Below are positions 18,093 through 27,966 of a stretch of 64,000 nt of DNA, piece by piece; within the stretch, counting starts at the first letter, position 1, and the number at the start of each line of letters is the position of its first letter. The DNA lies in assembly GCA_020637675.1 (NCBI GenBank), contig JACKKD010000004.1, positions 14,787-78,786 of the forward strand. The letters are read 5' to 3'. Below the pieces are notes generated by a model. That model was not told the DNA's origin, ran no database searches, and saw nothing but the letters and a program-made list of their open reading frames with translations. The translations under genes were made by a program, and so were the position numbers. This stretch comes from Paracoccaceae bacterium. GTDB taxonomy: Bacteria; Pseudomonadota; Alphaproteobacteria; Rhodobacterales; Rhodobacteraceae.

Positions 18093-19520
18093 ATGAGCTC
18101 CAGCGAGAATCCTCCGGCGCTTTATGCCGCCCGTGAGCCCGTATTTCCACGCCGCGTGAAAGGACAGTTCCGCAACCTGAAATGGGTGATCATGGCCGTC
18201 ACCCTGGGCATCTACTACATCACGCCCTGGCTGCGCTGGGACCGGGGGCCGAGCCTTCCCGACCAGGCGGTGCTGGTCGATCTCGCCAACCGCCGCTTCT
18301 ACTTCTTCATGATCGAGATATGGCCGAATGAATTCTACTTCATCGCCGGGCTTCTCATCATGGCGGGGCTCGGGCTCTTCCTCTTCACCTCTGCACTCGG
18401 CCGGGTCTGGTGCGGCTACGCCTGCCCGCAGACGGTCTGGACCGATCTTTTCATTCTCGTGGAACGCTGGGTGGAGGGCGACCGCAACGCGAGGGTCCGG
18501 CTCTGGAACCAGAAGTGGGACTTCCGGAAGTTCCGCCTCAGGATGACGAAATGGGTTCTCTGGCTTCTGATCGGCCTGGCCACGGGCGGCGCATGGATCT
18601 TCTATTTCACCGACGCGCCGACGCTGCTTCAGGATCTGATCCATGGCACCGCCCATCCCATCGCCTACCTGACGATGGCGATCCTGACCGCGACGACCTT
18701 CTTCTTCGGCGGTTTCGCGCGCGAGCAGATCTGTATCTATGCCTGCCCCTGGCCGCGCATCCAGGCCGCGATGATCGACGAGGACACGCTGGTTGTCGCC
18801 TATCGCGAATGGCGCGGCGAACCGCGCGGAAAGCTGCACAAGGGAGAGCTCGACCCGGCACAGGGCGACTGTATCGACTGCATGGCCTGCGTGAACGTCT
18901 GCCCCATGGGCATCGACATCCGCAACGGCCAGCAGCTCGAATGCATCACCTGCGCGCTCTGCATCGACGCCTGCGACGAGGTCATGGACCGAATCGGCAA
19001 GCCGCGCGGGCTCATCGCCTACATGGCGCTGAAGGACGAAGTGGCCGAACGGGCCGGCGGGCATCCGAAGAACGTCTGGAAGCACATCTTCCGTCCGCGC
19101 ACGATCCTCTACACCGTACTCTGGTCGTTGGTCGGGGTCGGCATGCTTGTCGCGCTCTTCCTGCGGTCACCCATCAGCGTCGATGTGACGCCGGTGCGCA
19201 ATCCCCTCTACGTCACGCTCGCCGACGGCGCGATCCGCAATACCTACGAGGTGCGGCTCAGGAACAAGCATGGCGAAACTCTGCCCTTCACGATATCCTT
19301 GCAGTCCGACACCCCGCTCGAGTTGACGCTCGAGGGAAGCGACAAGGTGGTGGTGGACGTGCCTGCGAACGATACGAAGATGCAGCGCGTCTATGTCACC
19401 GCCCCGGCCGGCAGCCCCGCAGCCGGCAAGGAGCGTACGGAGATCGCGATCGTGGTCGAGACCAGAACCAACGGCGAGCGGGTGGCCCGGGGCACGGTCT
19501 TCAATGGAAAGGACGACTGA
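18093..19520 (+). CDS. ccoG: cbb3 oxidase assembly protein, polyferredoxin-like (CcoG/RdxB/FixG)
   Basis: About 475 aa. TM helices plus two 4Fe-4S motifs (CIDCMACVNVCP, CITCALCIDAC). The track ORF 17148-19520 is over-extended. Confidence 0.92.
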   Translation: MSSSENPPALYAAREPVFPRRVKGQFRNLKWVIMAVTLGIYYITPWLRWDRGPSLPDQAVLVDLANRRFYFFMIEIWPNEFYFIAGLLIMAGLGLFLFTSALGRVWCGYACPQTVWTDLFILVERWVEGDRNARVRLWNQKWDFRKFRLRMTKWVLWLLIGLATGGAWIFYFTDAPTLLQDLIHGTAHPIAYLTMAILTATTFFFGGFAREQICIYACPWPRIQAAMIDEDTLVVAYREWRGEPRGKLHKGELDPAQGDCIDCMACVNVCPMGIDIRNGQQLECITCALCIDACDEVMDRIGKPRGLIAYMALKDEVAERAGGHPKNVWKHIFRPRTILYTVLWSLVGVGMLVALFLRSPISVDVTPVRNPLYVTLADGAIRNTYEVRLRNKHGETLPFTISLQSDTPLELTLEGSDKVVVDVPANDTKMQRVYVTAPAGSPAAGKERTEIAIVVETRTNGERVARGTVFNGKDD

Positions 19521-19521
19521 G

Positions 19522-19977
19522 ATGGCGGCGCCGCTGACCGGCCGGAAGGTCCTTCTCATCGCGGTCGTGGCCTTCGGGGTCATCATCGGGGTGAACGTGC
19601 TGATGGCCGTCAAGGCGATCAGCACCTTCCCCGGGCTCGAGGTGCAGAACTCCTACGTCGCGAGCCAGGTCTTCGACGCCGAGAGGAAGGCTCAGGAAGC
19701 TCTGGGCTGGACCCTGTCACACGCCTATGGCGACGGCGCGCTGACGCTGAGCTTCCGCGACCGGGATGGCCTGCCGGTCCGGGTGGACAGGCTGTCGGCC
19801 ACCGTCGGGCGGACGACGGAGGCATCGGACGACCGTCGCCCCGTCTTCGACTGGACCGGTGCCGACTATGTGGCGGCCGAGACGCTGGAGCCGGGGAAGT
19901 GGATGATCCTGATGGAAGCCTTCGCCCCCGACGGGACGCGGTTCCACCAGCGGCTCGATCTCTTCGTGAAGGGCTGA
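19522..19977 (+). CDS. ccoH: cbb3 oxidase assembly protein CcoH/FixH
   Basis: About 151 aa. N-terminal TM (LLIAVVAFGVIIGVNVLMAV). Located between ccoG and ccoI. Confidence 0.85.
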   Translation: MAAPLTGRKVLLIAVVAFGVIIGVNVLMAVKAISTFPGLEVQNSYVASQVFDAERKAQEALGWTLSHAYGDGALTLSFRDRDGLPVRVDRLSATVGRTTEASDDRRPVFDWTGADYVAAETLEPGKWMILMEAFAPDGTRFHQRLDLFVKG

Positions 19978-19980
19978 CCC

Positions 19981-22170
19981 ATGTCGGTCGCCGCGCCCTC
20001 GATCTCCGCCTGTCCCGCCTGCGTGGCGGCGCCCTCGGCCGAGGACATCGCCGCCCGTGCGGCGGCGGCAGCGGGGGATTCCGGCCTCGTCCTGTCGCTG
20101 CCGACGGTCCATTGCGCCGTCTGCATCTCGGACGTGGAACGGGCGCTTTCCTCGATGCCGGGCGTCAGATCGGCGCGGGTGAACCTGACGCTGAAGCGCG
20201 TCTCGGTCGCGGCAGAGCCGCAGGTGACGGCGGAGAAGCTGATCCAGCGGCTCGATGCCATCGGCTATCCGGCGCATGAGCTCGACCCTGGCCTCCTGTC
20301 GGTGACGGAGACCGACAAGCGCAGCCACGACCTGCTGATGCGGCTCGGCGTCGCCGGGTTCTCGATGATGAACATCATGCTCCTTTCCGTAGCCGTCTGG
20401 TCGGGTGCCGAGGCGGCGACGCGCGACATGTTCCACTGGATTTCGGCCGCGATCGCGCTGCCGACGCTGGCCTTCTCGGGCCAGCCCTTCTTCAAGTCGG
20501 CCTGGGTGTCCCTGAAGGCCCGGCGGCTCGGCATGGACGTGCCGATCTCGCTCGCACTGGTCCTTGCCTCGGCGATCTCGCTCTTCGAGACGTTCAACGG
20601 GGGCGAGCACGCATACTTCGACGCCGCGGTGTCGCTCTGCTTTTTCCTGCTTGCGGGGCGGTACCTCGACTACCGCAGCCGGGCCGCGGCGCGGTCGGCG
20701 GCGGAAGAGCTGGCCGCGCTCGAAGTGCCTCGGGCAACGAAGCTGGAGGCCGGCGAGGAGCGCGTCGTGCCCATCGCCGCGCTTCGCGCGGGCGACCTCG
20801 TGCGCATCCGCCCCGGCGCGCGGATGCCGGTCGACGGCATCGTGACCGAGGGAGCGTCCGAGATCGATCGCTCGCTTCTGACCGGCGAGACGCTGCCGGT
20901 CGTCGCGGGGGAAGGCAGTGCGCTGAGCGCCGGCGAGGTCAACCTGACCGGGCCGCTGATCGTGCGGGTGACGGCGGCGGGCAAGGACAGTTCCCTGCAT
21001 CGTATGGCCGATCTGGTGGCGGTGGCGGAAAACGCGCGCACGCGCTACACCTCGCTGGCGGACCGGATGGCAAGGGCCTATTCGCCCGTGGTCCACCTGA
21101 TGGCGCTCGCCGCGTTTTCCGTCTGGCTCTACCTTACGCGCGACGTGCGGGTATCGGTCAATGTCGCGGCGGCGGTCCTCATCATCACTTGCCCCTGCGC
21201 GCTGGCGCTTGCAGTGCCGGCGGTGGTGACGGCCGCCTCGGGCAAGCTCTTCCGCAAGGGCTTCCTGATCAAGGACGGCACTGCGCTCGAACGGCTGGCC
21301 GAGGTCGATACGGTCGTCTTCGACAAGACCGGGACGCTGACACTGGGCGAGCCCGAGGCGCAGGATATCGCGGCACATCCGCGGCCGGAACTGGAGATCG
21401 TCGCGGCATTGGCCGGAGCCTCCTCCCATCCCCTGAGTCGGTCGCTGGCGCGTGCGCTTCAGGCAGAAGGCATCCGCCCGGCGCCGGTCGTGGACCTTGC
21501 GGAGGTGCCGGGGGCGGGCATCGAGGGTCGCCTCGCGGGCGATCGCGTACGACTTGGCCGCGCGGAGTGGCTGGGCGCCGAAGGCGGCGAGCGGACGGCA
21601 ACCTGGTTTTCGCGCGCCGGCGGTCCGGCGGTGGAGTTCGCCTTTGCCGACCGGCCGCGTCCGGGCGCGGCTGAGGCGGTGCGGGGGCTGATCGCCGGCG
21701 GCAAGCGCGTGATCCTCCTTTCGGGCGACAGCGAGGTGCCGGTGGCGGCGCTGGCCGGGACTCTCGGCATTCCCGAATGGCAGTCGGCGATGCGGCCGGA
21801 GGAGAAGGCCGCGCGCATCGCCGCGCTGACGGCGGCGGGCCACCGGGTGCTGATGGTGGGCGACGGGCTGAACGACACTGCGGCGCTGGCAGGTGCGCAT
21901 GTCTCGATCTCGCCTGCCTCTGCGCTCGACGCGGCGCGGACGGCGTCCGACATCGTCCTGCTCGGTCAGGATCTCGAGCCCCTCTCGGATGCGGTACGGA
22001 TCGCGGTCACGACGCGGCGGCGGATCAAGCAGAACTTCGCGCTGTCGCTCGCCTACAACCTCGTCGCGGTGCCGGTTGCGCTCGTCGGACTCGCAACACC
22101 CCTCATCGCGGCGCTCGCCATGTCGGCTTCGTCGATCACGGTCTCGCTCAACGCGCTCCGGTTGAAATGA
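19981..22170 (+). CDS. ccoI: copper-translocating P1B-type ATPase CcoI/FixI
   Basis: 729 aa. N-terminal HMA-like CAVC motif, TM CPC motif (ITCPCAL), DKTGTLT phosphorylation site and GDGLND hinge. Confidence 0.95.
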   Translation: MSVAAPSISACPACVAAPSAEDIAARAAAAAGDSGLVLSLPTVHCAVCISDVERALSSMPGVRSARVNLTLKRVSVAAEPQVTAEKLIQRLDAIGYPAHELDPGLLSVTETDKRSHDLLMRLGVAGFSMMNIMLLSVAVWSGAEAATRDMFHWISAAIALPTLAFSGQPFFKSAWVSLKARRLGMDVPISLALVLASAISLFETFNGGEHAYFDAAVSLCFFLLAGRYLDYRSRAAARSAAEELAALEVPRATKLEAGEERVVPIAALRAGDLVRIRPGARMPVDGIVTEGASEIDRSLLTGETLPVVAGEGSALSAGEVNLTGPLIVRVTAAGKDSSLHRMADLVAVAENARTRYTSLADRMARAYSPVVHLMALAAFSVWLYLTRDVRVSVNVAAAVLIITCPCALALAVPAVVTAASGKLFRKGFLIKDGTALERLAEVDTVVFDKTGTLTLGEPEAQDIAAHPRPELEIVAALAGASSHPLSRSLARALQAEGIRPAPVVDLAEVPGAGIEGRLAGDRVRLGRAEWLGAEGGERTATWFSRAGGPAVEFAFADRPRPGAAEAVRGLIAGGKRVILLSGDSEVPVAALAGTLGIPEWQSAMRPEEKAARIAALTAAGHRVLMVGDGLNDTAALAGAHVSISPASALDAARTASDIVLLGQDLEPLSDAVRIAVTTRRRIKQNFALSLAYNLVAVPVALVGLATPLIAALAMSASSITVSLNALRLK

Positions 22171-22180
22171 GGGCCCAGCG

Positions 22181-22339
22181 GTGGAAATCCTCCTCTACCT
22201 GATCCCTGTTTCTCTCTTTCTCGGTGCGGTCGGGCTTGCCGCCTTTCTCTGGGCGTTGAAGCACCGTCAATACGACGACCCCGAGGGTGACGCCAACCGC
22301 ATCCTCAGCAAGGACTGGGACGACCGCCCGAAGCCCTGA
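22181..22339 (+). CDS. ccoS: cbb3 oxidase maturation protein CcoS/FixS (52 aa)
   Basis: Absent from the supplied ORF track. GTG start. Translation (initiator GTG read as Met): MEILLYLIPVSLFLGAVGLAAFLWALKHRQYDDPEGDANRILSKDWDDRPKP. Single TM plus the typical QYDD motif. Canonical position after ccoI. Confidence 0.8.
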   Translation: MEILLYLIPVSLFLGAVGLAAFLWALKHRQYDDPEGDANRILSKDWDDRPKP

Positions 22340-22352
22340 CGGGGCAACGCGG

Positions 22353-24302
22353 TCAGGGGCCGACGACGCTGCATTCGGCCTGCCGGGCCTGAAGCCGGCG
22401 ACAGGCGAGGTTCGCCATCTCTTCGGTCATGCCGACGAAGTTCGCGTCGTACCCGCCACGGCGGGAGACGACCTTGCGGAGCGCCTCGTCGAGCGTTGCC
22501 ATCTCCACCAGCGCCACCTGCAGGAGCTGGCGCTCGGCATCGTAGCGCGAGCCGTAATGGCCGACGTTTATGGCCCACTGCCGCCCGCCCGAGGTGGAGA
22601 TGCGGGTGACGACTTCCAGTTCCTCCGGTTCCGGCTCCGCGGGCGTGAACGCGGCGAGCACGATCTGCTCGGGCCGCGCCTTCGGGGCCGGCGTGTCGAC
22701 AGCGGTATCGCTGGCCGCGAGCCGGACCTCGGCCGTCTCGGTGTCTTCGGCGGCAAGCTGGACGTCGGTCGCCTCGGCGGGTGCGGGCTCGATTGCCGGT
22801 GCGGAGGCTTCCGGCGATGGCAGCGGCATCGCCTCGACCACCGCGGTCTCCGTGGGAACCGGTTCGGCATCCGTGGCCGGGGCCGCGGCCGTGACGAGCG
22901 CATCGGGTCGCGCCGCGGGGCGCAGGGCCGGCAGGGTGGGCGCGGCGGCGAGCGCGAGCGGCTCGGCGGTCGCGTCGGCCTTGGCGGGGTCGGGTGCGCC
23001 CGGTTCAGCCAGCGCGAGGACCGTTTCGGGCTGCGGAGTCGCGGTCTGCGCAAAGACCGGACCCGCGGGCTCGGGCGCGGCTTCCTGCGAAGTTTCCGCA
23101 TCGGCGACGGCGACCTCCGCCTGCGATCCGGCAGCTTCGGCGGCCGGCGCCTCGGGAAGGGCGAGCGCCTGCGCCTCGGCGAGGGCGTCGGCGATGTCGT
23201 CCTGCATCGCGAGGAGCAGTTCCTCGGCCGGTGCATCGGCGGGCTCCGTCGCGCCGGGCAGCGGTCGCGTGCGGGGCCGGGGGCTCTGCACCACGGCGAC
23301 TTTGAGGCGGATCGTCTTGCCGGCTGGCACCGCATCGGGCGCCGTCGTCACGGCGCGCGCGATGGCTTCGGCAAGGGCGTCGTCCTCGTCCGTCGTGTCC
23401 TCGACGAGAAGTTCCGGCGGCTCCGTCCCGGTGTAGGCGGGCCGCGCAGGTTTCTGTACGGCGGCACGGTTCGGCGCCTTTCCGAAGCCCATGTCGAGCA
23501 GCTGCGCCGCCCTTGCATTGCGGTCGGCGGTGGACTTGCCGCCGAAGACGGTGGCGATGACGTGCTTGTTGCCGCGCTGGGCAGAGGCCACCAGGTTGAA
23601 GCCCGCAGCCTGGGTGTAGCCCGTCTTGATCCCGTCGGCGCCCTTGTAGGCGGCAAGGAAGCGGCGATTGGTGGAGGCGACCTGCGCGACGCCGGCATCG
23701 GCCGAGGTGCGCGAGAAGATGTTGTAGTACTGCGGGTAGTCGTAGAAGAGGTGCCGGCCGAGGATCGTCATGTCGTGGGCCGTGGAGAGATGTCCCTTCG
23801 CGGTCAGCCCATTGGCGTTGACGAAGGTCGACCGGGTCATGCCGAGCGCCTTGGCAGTACGGTTCATCCGCTTGGCAAAGGCGGGCTCCGATCCCTCGAT
23901 CGCCTCGCCGATGGCGGTCGCGGCGTCGTTCGCGGACTTGATCGCGGCCGCGCGGATCAAGTAGCGCAGCGCGATCGTCTGGCCCGGCTTCAACCCTAGC
24001 TTCGAAGGCGGCATCGAGGCCGCGTGTTTCGAGATCGTCACCTTGCTGTCGAGCGTGATTTCACCGCGCTCGATCGCCTCGAAGGCGATGTAGAGCGTCA
24101 TCATCTTGGTGAGCGAGGCGGGATGCAGCCGGGTGTCGGCGTTGTCCTGATGCAGCACCTCGCCGGTGCGGACGTCGATCACGTAGTCGGCGTAGGGCGC
24201 GGCCAGAGCCGCGAGCGGCACGAGGAGCCACGCCAGAGCGATCGCCAAGAAGACTCGCGTGCGGGAACCGCACTGCTCGGGACAGACGAACACCTGTCTC
24301 AC
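22353..24302 (-). CDS. D-alanyl-D-alanine carboxypeptidase (peptidase S11) fused to a long low-complexity linker and a C-terminal SPOR domain
   Basis: 649 aa. SLTK (SxxK), SAN (SxN) and KTG motifs in the N-terminal about 280 aa. About 290 aa of Ala/Pro/Glu-rich linker. C-terminal about 80 aa is SPOR-like (GRQWAINVGHYGSRYDAERQL). Confidence 0.85.
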   Translation of the reverse strand: MRQVFVCPEQCGSRTRVFLAIALAWLLVPLAALAAPYADYVIDVRTGEVLHQDNADTRLHPASLTKMMTLYIAFEAIERGEITLDSKVTISKHAASMPPSKLGLKPGQTIALRYLIRAAAIKSANDAATAIGEAIEGSEPAFAKRMNRTAKALGMTRSTFVNANGLTAKGHLSTAHDMTILGRHLFYDYPQYYNIFSRTSADAGVAQVASTNRRFLAAYKGADGIKTGYTQAAGFNLVASAQRGNKHVIATVFGGKSTADRNARAAQLLDMGFGKAPNRAAVQKPARPAYTGTEPPELLVEDTTDEDDALAEAIARAVTTAPDAVPAGKTIRLKVAVVQSPRPRTRPLPGATEPADAPAEELLLAMQDDIADALAEAQALALPEAPAAEAAGSQAEVAVADAETSQEAAPEPAGPVFAQTATPQPETVLALAEPGAPDPAKADATAEPLALAAAPTLPALRPAARPDALVTAAAPATDAEPVPTETAVVEAMPLPSPEASAPAIEPAPAEATDVQLAAEDTETAEVRLAASDTAVDTPAPKARPEQIVLAAFTPAEPEPEELEVVTRISTSGGRQWAINVGHYGSRYDAERQLLQVALVEMATLDEALRKVVSRRGGYDANFVGMTEEMANLACRRLQARQAECSVVGP

Positions 24303-24492
24303 CTATATCCTGCCTCGCGCCCCGGTCATTGTCGCCAGAGCTTTGTGATTTGCCCCACGATAGCACAGGGCTTTCGCGCCGAAAACACCTGAAATTCAAT
24401 GTCTTTGTTGCCGAAGCTGAGATAGCGAAAGGAACGGCGCGCACGGTGCGAGCAGATTTTGCGACTTCATCGGTGCGGCACACAAGATCGAC

Positions 24493-25206
24493 CTAGCCGC
24501 TGTTTTCGATCCGTCCGACCAGCGCCGGCAGGGCGCCGAGGTCTTCAAGCCGGTGGAAACGCCCGTGACCCTCCGGCGGTTCGACCTCTTCGAGCGCCCA
24601 GGTCAGGTCGTGCGGCACATGGACTCCGAAGCCTCCGACCTCCAGGACCGGCAGGACATCGGACTTGAGCGAGTTGCCGGCCATGAGCACGGAGCCGGCC
24701 GCAAAGCCGTGCCGGGCGAAGATCGCGGCATAGACGGGGGCGGACTTGTCCGACACGATCTCCACCCCGGCGAAGAGGTCGCCAAGGCCGGACTGGGCCA
24801 GCTTGCGTTCCTGGTCGAGAAGGTCGCCCTTGGTGATGAGCAGGACCGGGTGGCTTCCTGCCAGGCGTTCCACCGCCGCGCGGGCATGGGGCAGAAGCTC
24901 GATCGGATGGGCGAGCATCTCCTGTCCGGCCGCGACGATCTCCCGGATGACGCGGGCCGGCACCCGGTCCCCGGTGACGTCGAGCGCGGTCTCGATCATC
25001 GACAGCATGAAGCCCTTGATGCCGAAGCCGTAGTGCCCGAGGTTGCGCCGCTCGGCCGCGAGGAGCCGCTCCTCCAGATGGTCGCGCGGCGCGACATCGG
25101 CGAGAAGCGCGGCGAAACGGTCCTGTGTCAGGCGGAAGAACCGCTCGTTGTGCCAGAGCGTGTCGTCGGCATCGAAGGCGATGGCATCGAGTGCAGGCAT
25201 GTGCAC
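24493..25206 (-). CDS. HAD superfamily hydrolase
   Basis: 237 aa. Motif I FDADDTLW and HAD-like downstream motifs. Confidence 0.8.
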   Translation of the reverse strand: MHMPALDAIAFDADDTLWHNERFFRLTQDRFAALLADVAPRDHLEERLLAAERRNLGHYGFGIKGFMLSMIETALDVTGDRVPARVIREIVAAGQEMLAHPIELLPHARAAVERLAGSHPVLLITKGDLLDQERKLAQSGLGDLFAGVEIVSDKSAPVYAAIFARHGFAAGSVLMAGNSLKSDVLPVLEVGGFGVHVPHDLTWALEEVEPPEGHGRFHRLEDLGALPALVGRIENSG

Positions 25207-25363
25207 CTCCCCCGGGATGCAGTCTGGCGCGGCGCGCGGGCGCGATCAATTCCCTCTCCCAGGGGAACCCTTTTCTCGTCCCATTCCTGCATTATATTGG
25301 GGACCGAACCCCTTGTCCGCGAATCCCCCGAGGAGGGAGCCCTTGGCGCCGAGCCCCGTCACA

Positions 25364-25684
25364 TTGTCGGACCGCAAGGAGGGTCGAGAGCACGAGACCT
25401 CGGTCATCACCAAGACGCGGCCGAAGACGCAGCGCCCGCCGCTCTACAAGGTGCTACTTCTGAACGACGACTACACGCCGATGGAGTTCGTCGTCCATGT
25501 GCTCGAACGCTTTTTCGGGATGAGCCACGCGCAAGCGTTCGAGATCATGCTGACCGTGCACAAGAGGGGACTCGCCGTCGTGGGCGTCTTTTCCTTCGAG
25601 GTGGCGGAAACGAAGGTGGCGCAGGTGATGGATTTCTCGCGCCGTCACCAGCATCCGCTGCAATGCACGATGGAAAAGGAATAG
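25364..25684 (+). CDS. clpS: ATP-dependent Clp protease adaptor ClpS
   Basis: Core motif [24 protein letters not shown]. The start is uncertain (TTG at 25364 proposed); the track ORF begins far upstream at 25043. Confidence 0.8.
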   Translation: MSDRKEGREHETSVITKTRPKTQRPPLYKVLLLNDDYTPMEFVVHVLERFFGMSHAQAFEIMLTVHKRGLAVVGVFSFEVAETKVAQVMDFSRRHQHPLQCTMEKE

Positions 25685-25703
25685 GGGCGCGGCCCCGATC
25701 CCG

Positions 25704-26729
25704 ATGACAAATCCCAGACTTGCCCTCGCGCTTACGGGTGCCGATGCGCTGCCCGCCCCGGGCCGCGTGCTCGTGATCGGCGCCGGCCCCGATCTTTCGG
25801 ATCTGCCGAAGGAGCGGACGGTCGTCGTGCAGGGGTTCCGGCCCGACAACGATGCACTTGCCGCCCAGGGCTGGACGGTCGTGCCGGAAATTGCCGCCGC
25901 AACCGGCGATTTCGCCGCGGCGGTCGTGCTTCTGCCGCGGTCGCGGGTGGCTGCGCGATCGGCCGTGGCGGAGGCTGCAAGGCTCGTGGCTGCGGGCGGT
26001 CCGGTCTGGGTCGACGGGCAGAAGACGGATGGTATCGATCCGATGCTGAAGGATCTGCGCGCCCGCACCGCCGTTTCCGCCCCGATCGCCAAGGCGCACG
26101 GCAAGATCTTCCGCTTCCGCGCGGGCGCCGGCTTCGACGATTGGCGCGCGGTCGATCTTTCCCCCGCGCCCGGCTTCGTGACGCGAGCGGGGGTCTTTTC
26201 TGCCGAGAAGGTCGACCTAGGCTCGACCCTGCTCGCGGAGGCCTTGCCAGAGCGGATGCCGGCGCGGGTCGCCGACCTTGGCGCCGGCTGGGGCTGGCTT
26301 GCGGCGCAGGTCCTGACGCGGCAGGGCGTGGCGGAACTGCATCTGGTCGAAGCCGATCATGCCGCCCTCGCCTGTGCCCGCAGGAACGTGACCGATCCGC
26401 GCGCGCGCTTCCACTGGGCGGATGCAACGCGGTTCCGGCCCGAGGCGCGGTTCGACGCCGTGGTGATGAACCCGCCCTTCCACGCGGGACGCGCGGCCGA
26501 TCCGGCGCTCGGTGCCGCTTTCATCGGTGCCGCGGCGGGGATGCTGGCGCCGGCGGGCCGGCTCTGGATGGTCGCCAACCGGCACCTGCCTTACGAGGCG
26601 GTGCTGGCCCGCCACTTCCGCGAGGTGGCCGAGATCGGCGGCGACGGCGCCTTCAAGCTTTTTGCCGCGGCGCGGCCCGTAGCGCGCGCCCAGGCCGCCG
26701 CCGCCCCTCCGCCTCGCCGGCGCCGGTGA
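25704..26729 (+). CDS. class I SAM-dependent methyltransferase, RsmC/RsmD-like (MTS domain)
   Basis: 341 aa. DLGAGWG SAM-binding motif and the NPPFH catalytic motif. Confidence 0.8.
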   Translation: MTNPRLALALTGADALPAPGRVLVIGAGPDLSDLPKERTVVVQGFRPDNDALAAQGWTVVPEIAAATGDFAAAVVLLPRSRVAARSAVAEAARLVAAGGPVWVDGQKTDGIDPMLKDLRARTAVSAPIAKAHGKIFRFRAGAGFDDWRAVDLSPAPGFVTRAGVFSAEKVDLGSTLLAEALPERMPARVADLGAGWGWLAAQVLTRQGVAELHLVEADHAALACARRNVTDPRARFHWADATRFRPEARFDAVVMNPPFHAGRAADPALGAAFIGAAAGMLAPAGRLWMVANRHLPYEAVLARHFREVAEIGGDGAFKLFAAARPVARAQAAAAPPPRRRR

Positions 26730-26774
26730 TCTCGGCTAACCTCGCCCGGCAGAATCACGGAGCGCGGAGAGCCC

Positions 26775-27587
26775 ATGTCCCTGTCCATCGCCGGCAAGAG
26801 CGCCATCGTCACCGGGGCGGCCAAAGGCATCGGCCTTGCCATAGCCCGCCACTTCGTCGACCGGGGCGCGAAGGTCATGTTCGCCGATGCCGACGAGGCG
26901 CGCCTGGCCGAGGAGGTCGCCGCGATCGCGACCGAGGACGGACCGGCGCGCTACTTCGCCGGCGACCTCAGCCAGAAGCTGACGCTCGCCAACCTGCTGT
27001 CGGCCACGGTGGACGCCTTCGAGCGGATCGACATCCTGGTGAACGCCCAGCGCACGGTCCTGCCGACCGAGGATCCGCTGAACCCCGACGATCCCTCGAT
27101 CGAGAACATGCTGCGGCAAAACCTCCTGCCGGCCCTGAAACTGAGCCAGATGGCCGCGCGCAGGATGATCGCGCAGGCCGGGCGCGACGAGCAGACCGAA
27201 GGCCCGGTGGGCACGATCATCAACGTCTCGACGCTGGCCGCGCGTCGGGCGCAGCCGGGCCTGCTGGCATACTCCCTCGCCGGTGCGGCGCTCGACCAGG
27301 CGACGCGCTCGCTCGCCGTCGTGCTCGCGCCGGAGCGGATTCGGGTGAACGGCATTGGCATCGCAAGCGTTATGAGCGCGAGCCTGCAGGCAACGCTGAA
27401 GGAAAACCCCGACTGGGGCGACTCCGTCATTGCGGGCACGCCGCTCGGCCGGATCGCGACGCCAACGGAGGTCGCGGAGGTCGCGCAGTTCCTCGCGTCG
27501 GACGGGGCGGGCTTCGTGACCGGACAGATCCTCGGTGTCGACGGCGGCCGCAGCGTGGTCGATCCGGTCTGCGTTCCGGCCTATTGA
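26775..27587 (+). CDS. SDR family oxidoreductase
   Basis: 270 aa. TGAAKGIGLA cofactor motif and SDR-like core. Confidence 0.85.
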   Translation: MSLSIAGKSAIVTGAAKGIGLAIARHFVDRGAKVMFADADEARLAEEVAAIATEDGPARYFAGDLSQKLTLANLLSATVDAFERIDILVNAQRTVLPTEDPLNPDDPSIENMLRQNLLPALKLSQMAARRMIAQAGRDEQTEGPVGTIINVSTLAARRAQPGLLAYSLAGAALDQATRSLAVVLAPERIRVNGIGIASVMSASLQATLKENPDWGDSVIAGTPLGRIATPTEVAEVAQFLASDGAGFVTGQILGVDGGRSVVDPVCVPAY

Positions 27588-27591
27588 AGGG

Positions 27592-27966
27592 TCATCCCGG
27601 ATAGCGCGCCTTGCAGGCGGCGATGTGGTCGAGTGCGCGCGGAACTGCCGCCGCCCGCCGGTCCTGCAGGAGTGCAATGCGGCGGCTCTCGGACGCCGGG
27701 TCGATCGTCTTCGGCGTCTCCACGATCTCGGTTTCGGTGTAAAGGCAACTGCCGCCCCCGTCGCCGCACCGGCGGCGTTCGAGATAGGGGACCGTCTGGC
27801 GGTCGATCCCGTAGCCGCGGGCGAGCCCGGCCTCGGTTTCGGCGATCAGCGCGTCGATGGTGCGCACTTCCGCCACCGCCGCGCGCATGCACTGGTCACG
27901 CCCTGCGCCGGCGCAGGCGCCAAGAAGCAGGGGGACGAGGAGGACCAGTCCGGCGCGTGGCCTCAT
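27592..27966 (-). CDS. small lipoprotein, paralog A of a tandem triplet, unknown function
   Basis: 124 aa. Lipobox LLGAC. Motifs EVRTIDALIAE, RGY, two central Cys, IDP, LL-x-RR and a C-terminal AACKA. Its start overlaps the stop of paralog B (ATGA). Confidence 0.7.
   Translation of the reverse strand: MRPRAGLVLLVPLLLGACAGAGRDQCMRAAVAEVRTIDALIAETEAGLARGYGIDRQTVPYLERRRCGDGGGSCLYTETEIVETPKTIDPASESRRIALLQDRRAAAVPRALDHIAACKARYPG

Noticed and set aside
22287-23999. 570-aa plus-strand ORF and several 100-290-aa ORFs in other frames over 22570-23440. The DNA looks repetitive there.
   Set aside because: This region encodes the Ala/Pro/Glu-rich linker of the carboxypeptidase-SPOR protein on the minus strand. 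The apparent repetitiveness is biased coding composition. It is not a CRISPR array or tandem DNA repeat with spacers.
24341-24368. TGTGAT...AGCACA inverted repeat upstream of the carboxypeptidase gene, as a possible CRP-like site.
   Set aside because: The spacing does not fit the TGTGA-N6-TCACA consensus and the arms match only partially. Support is insufficient to call it a site.
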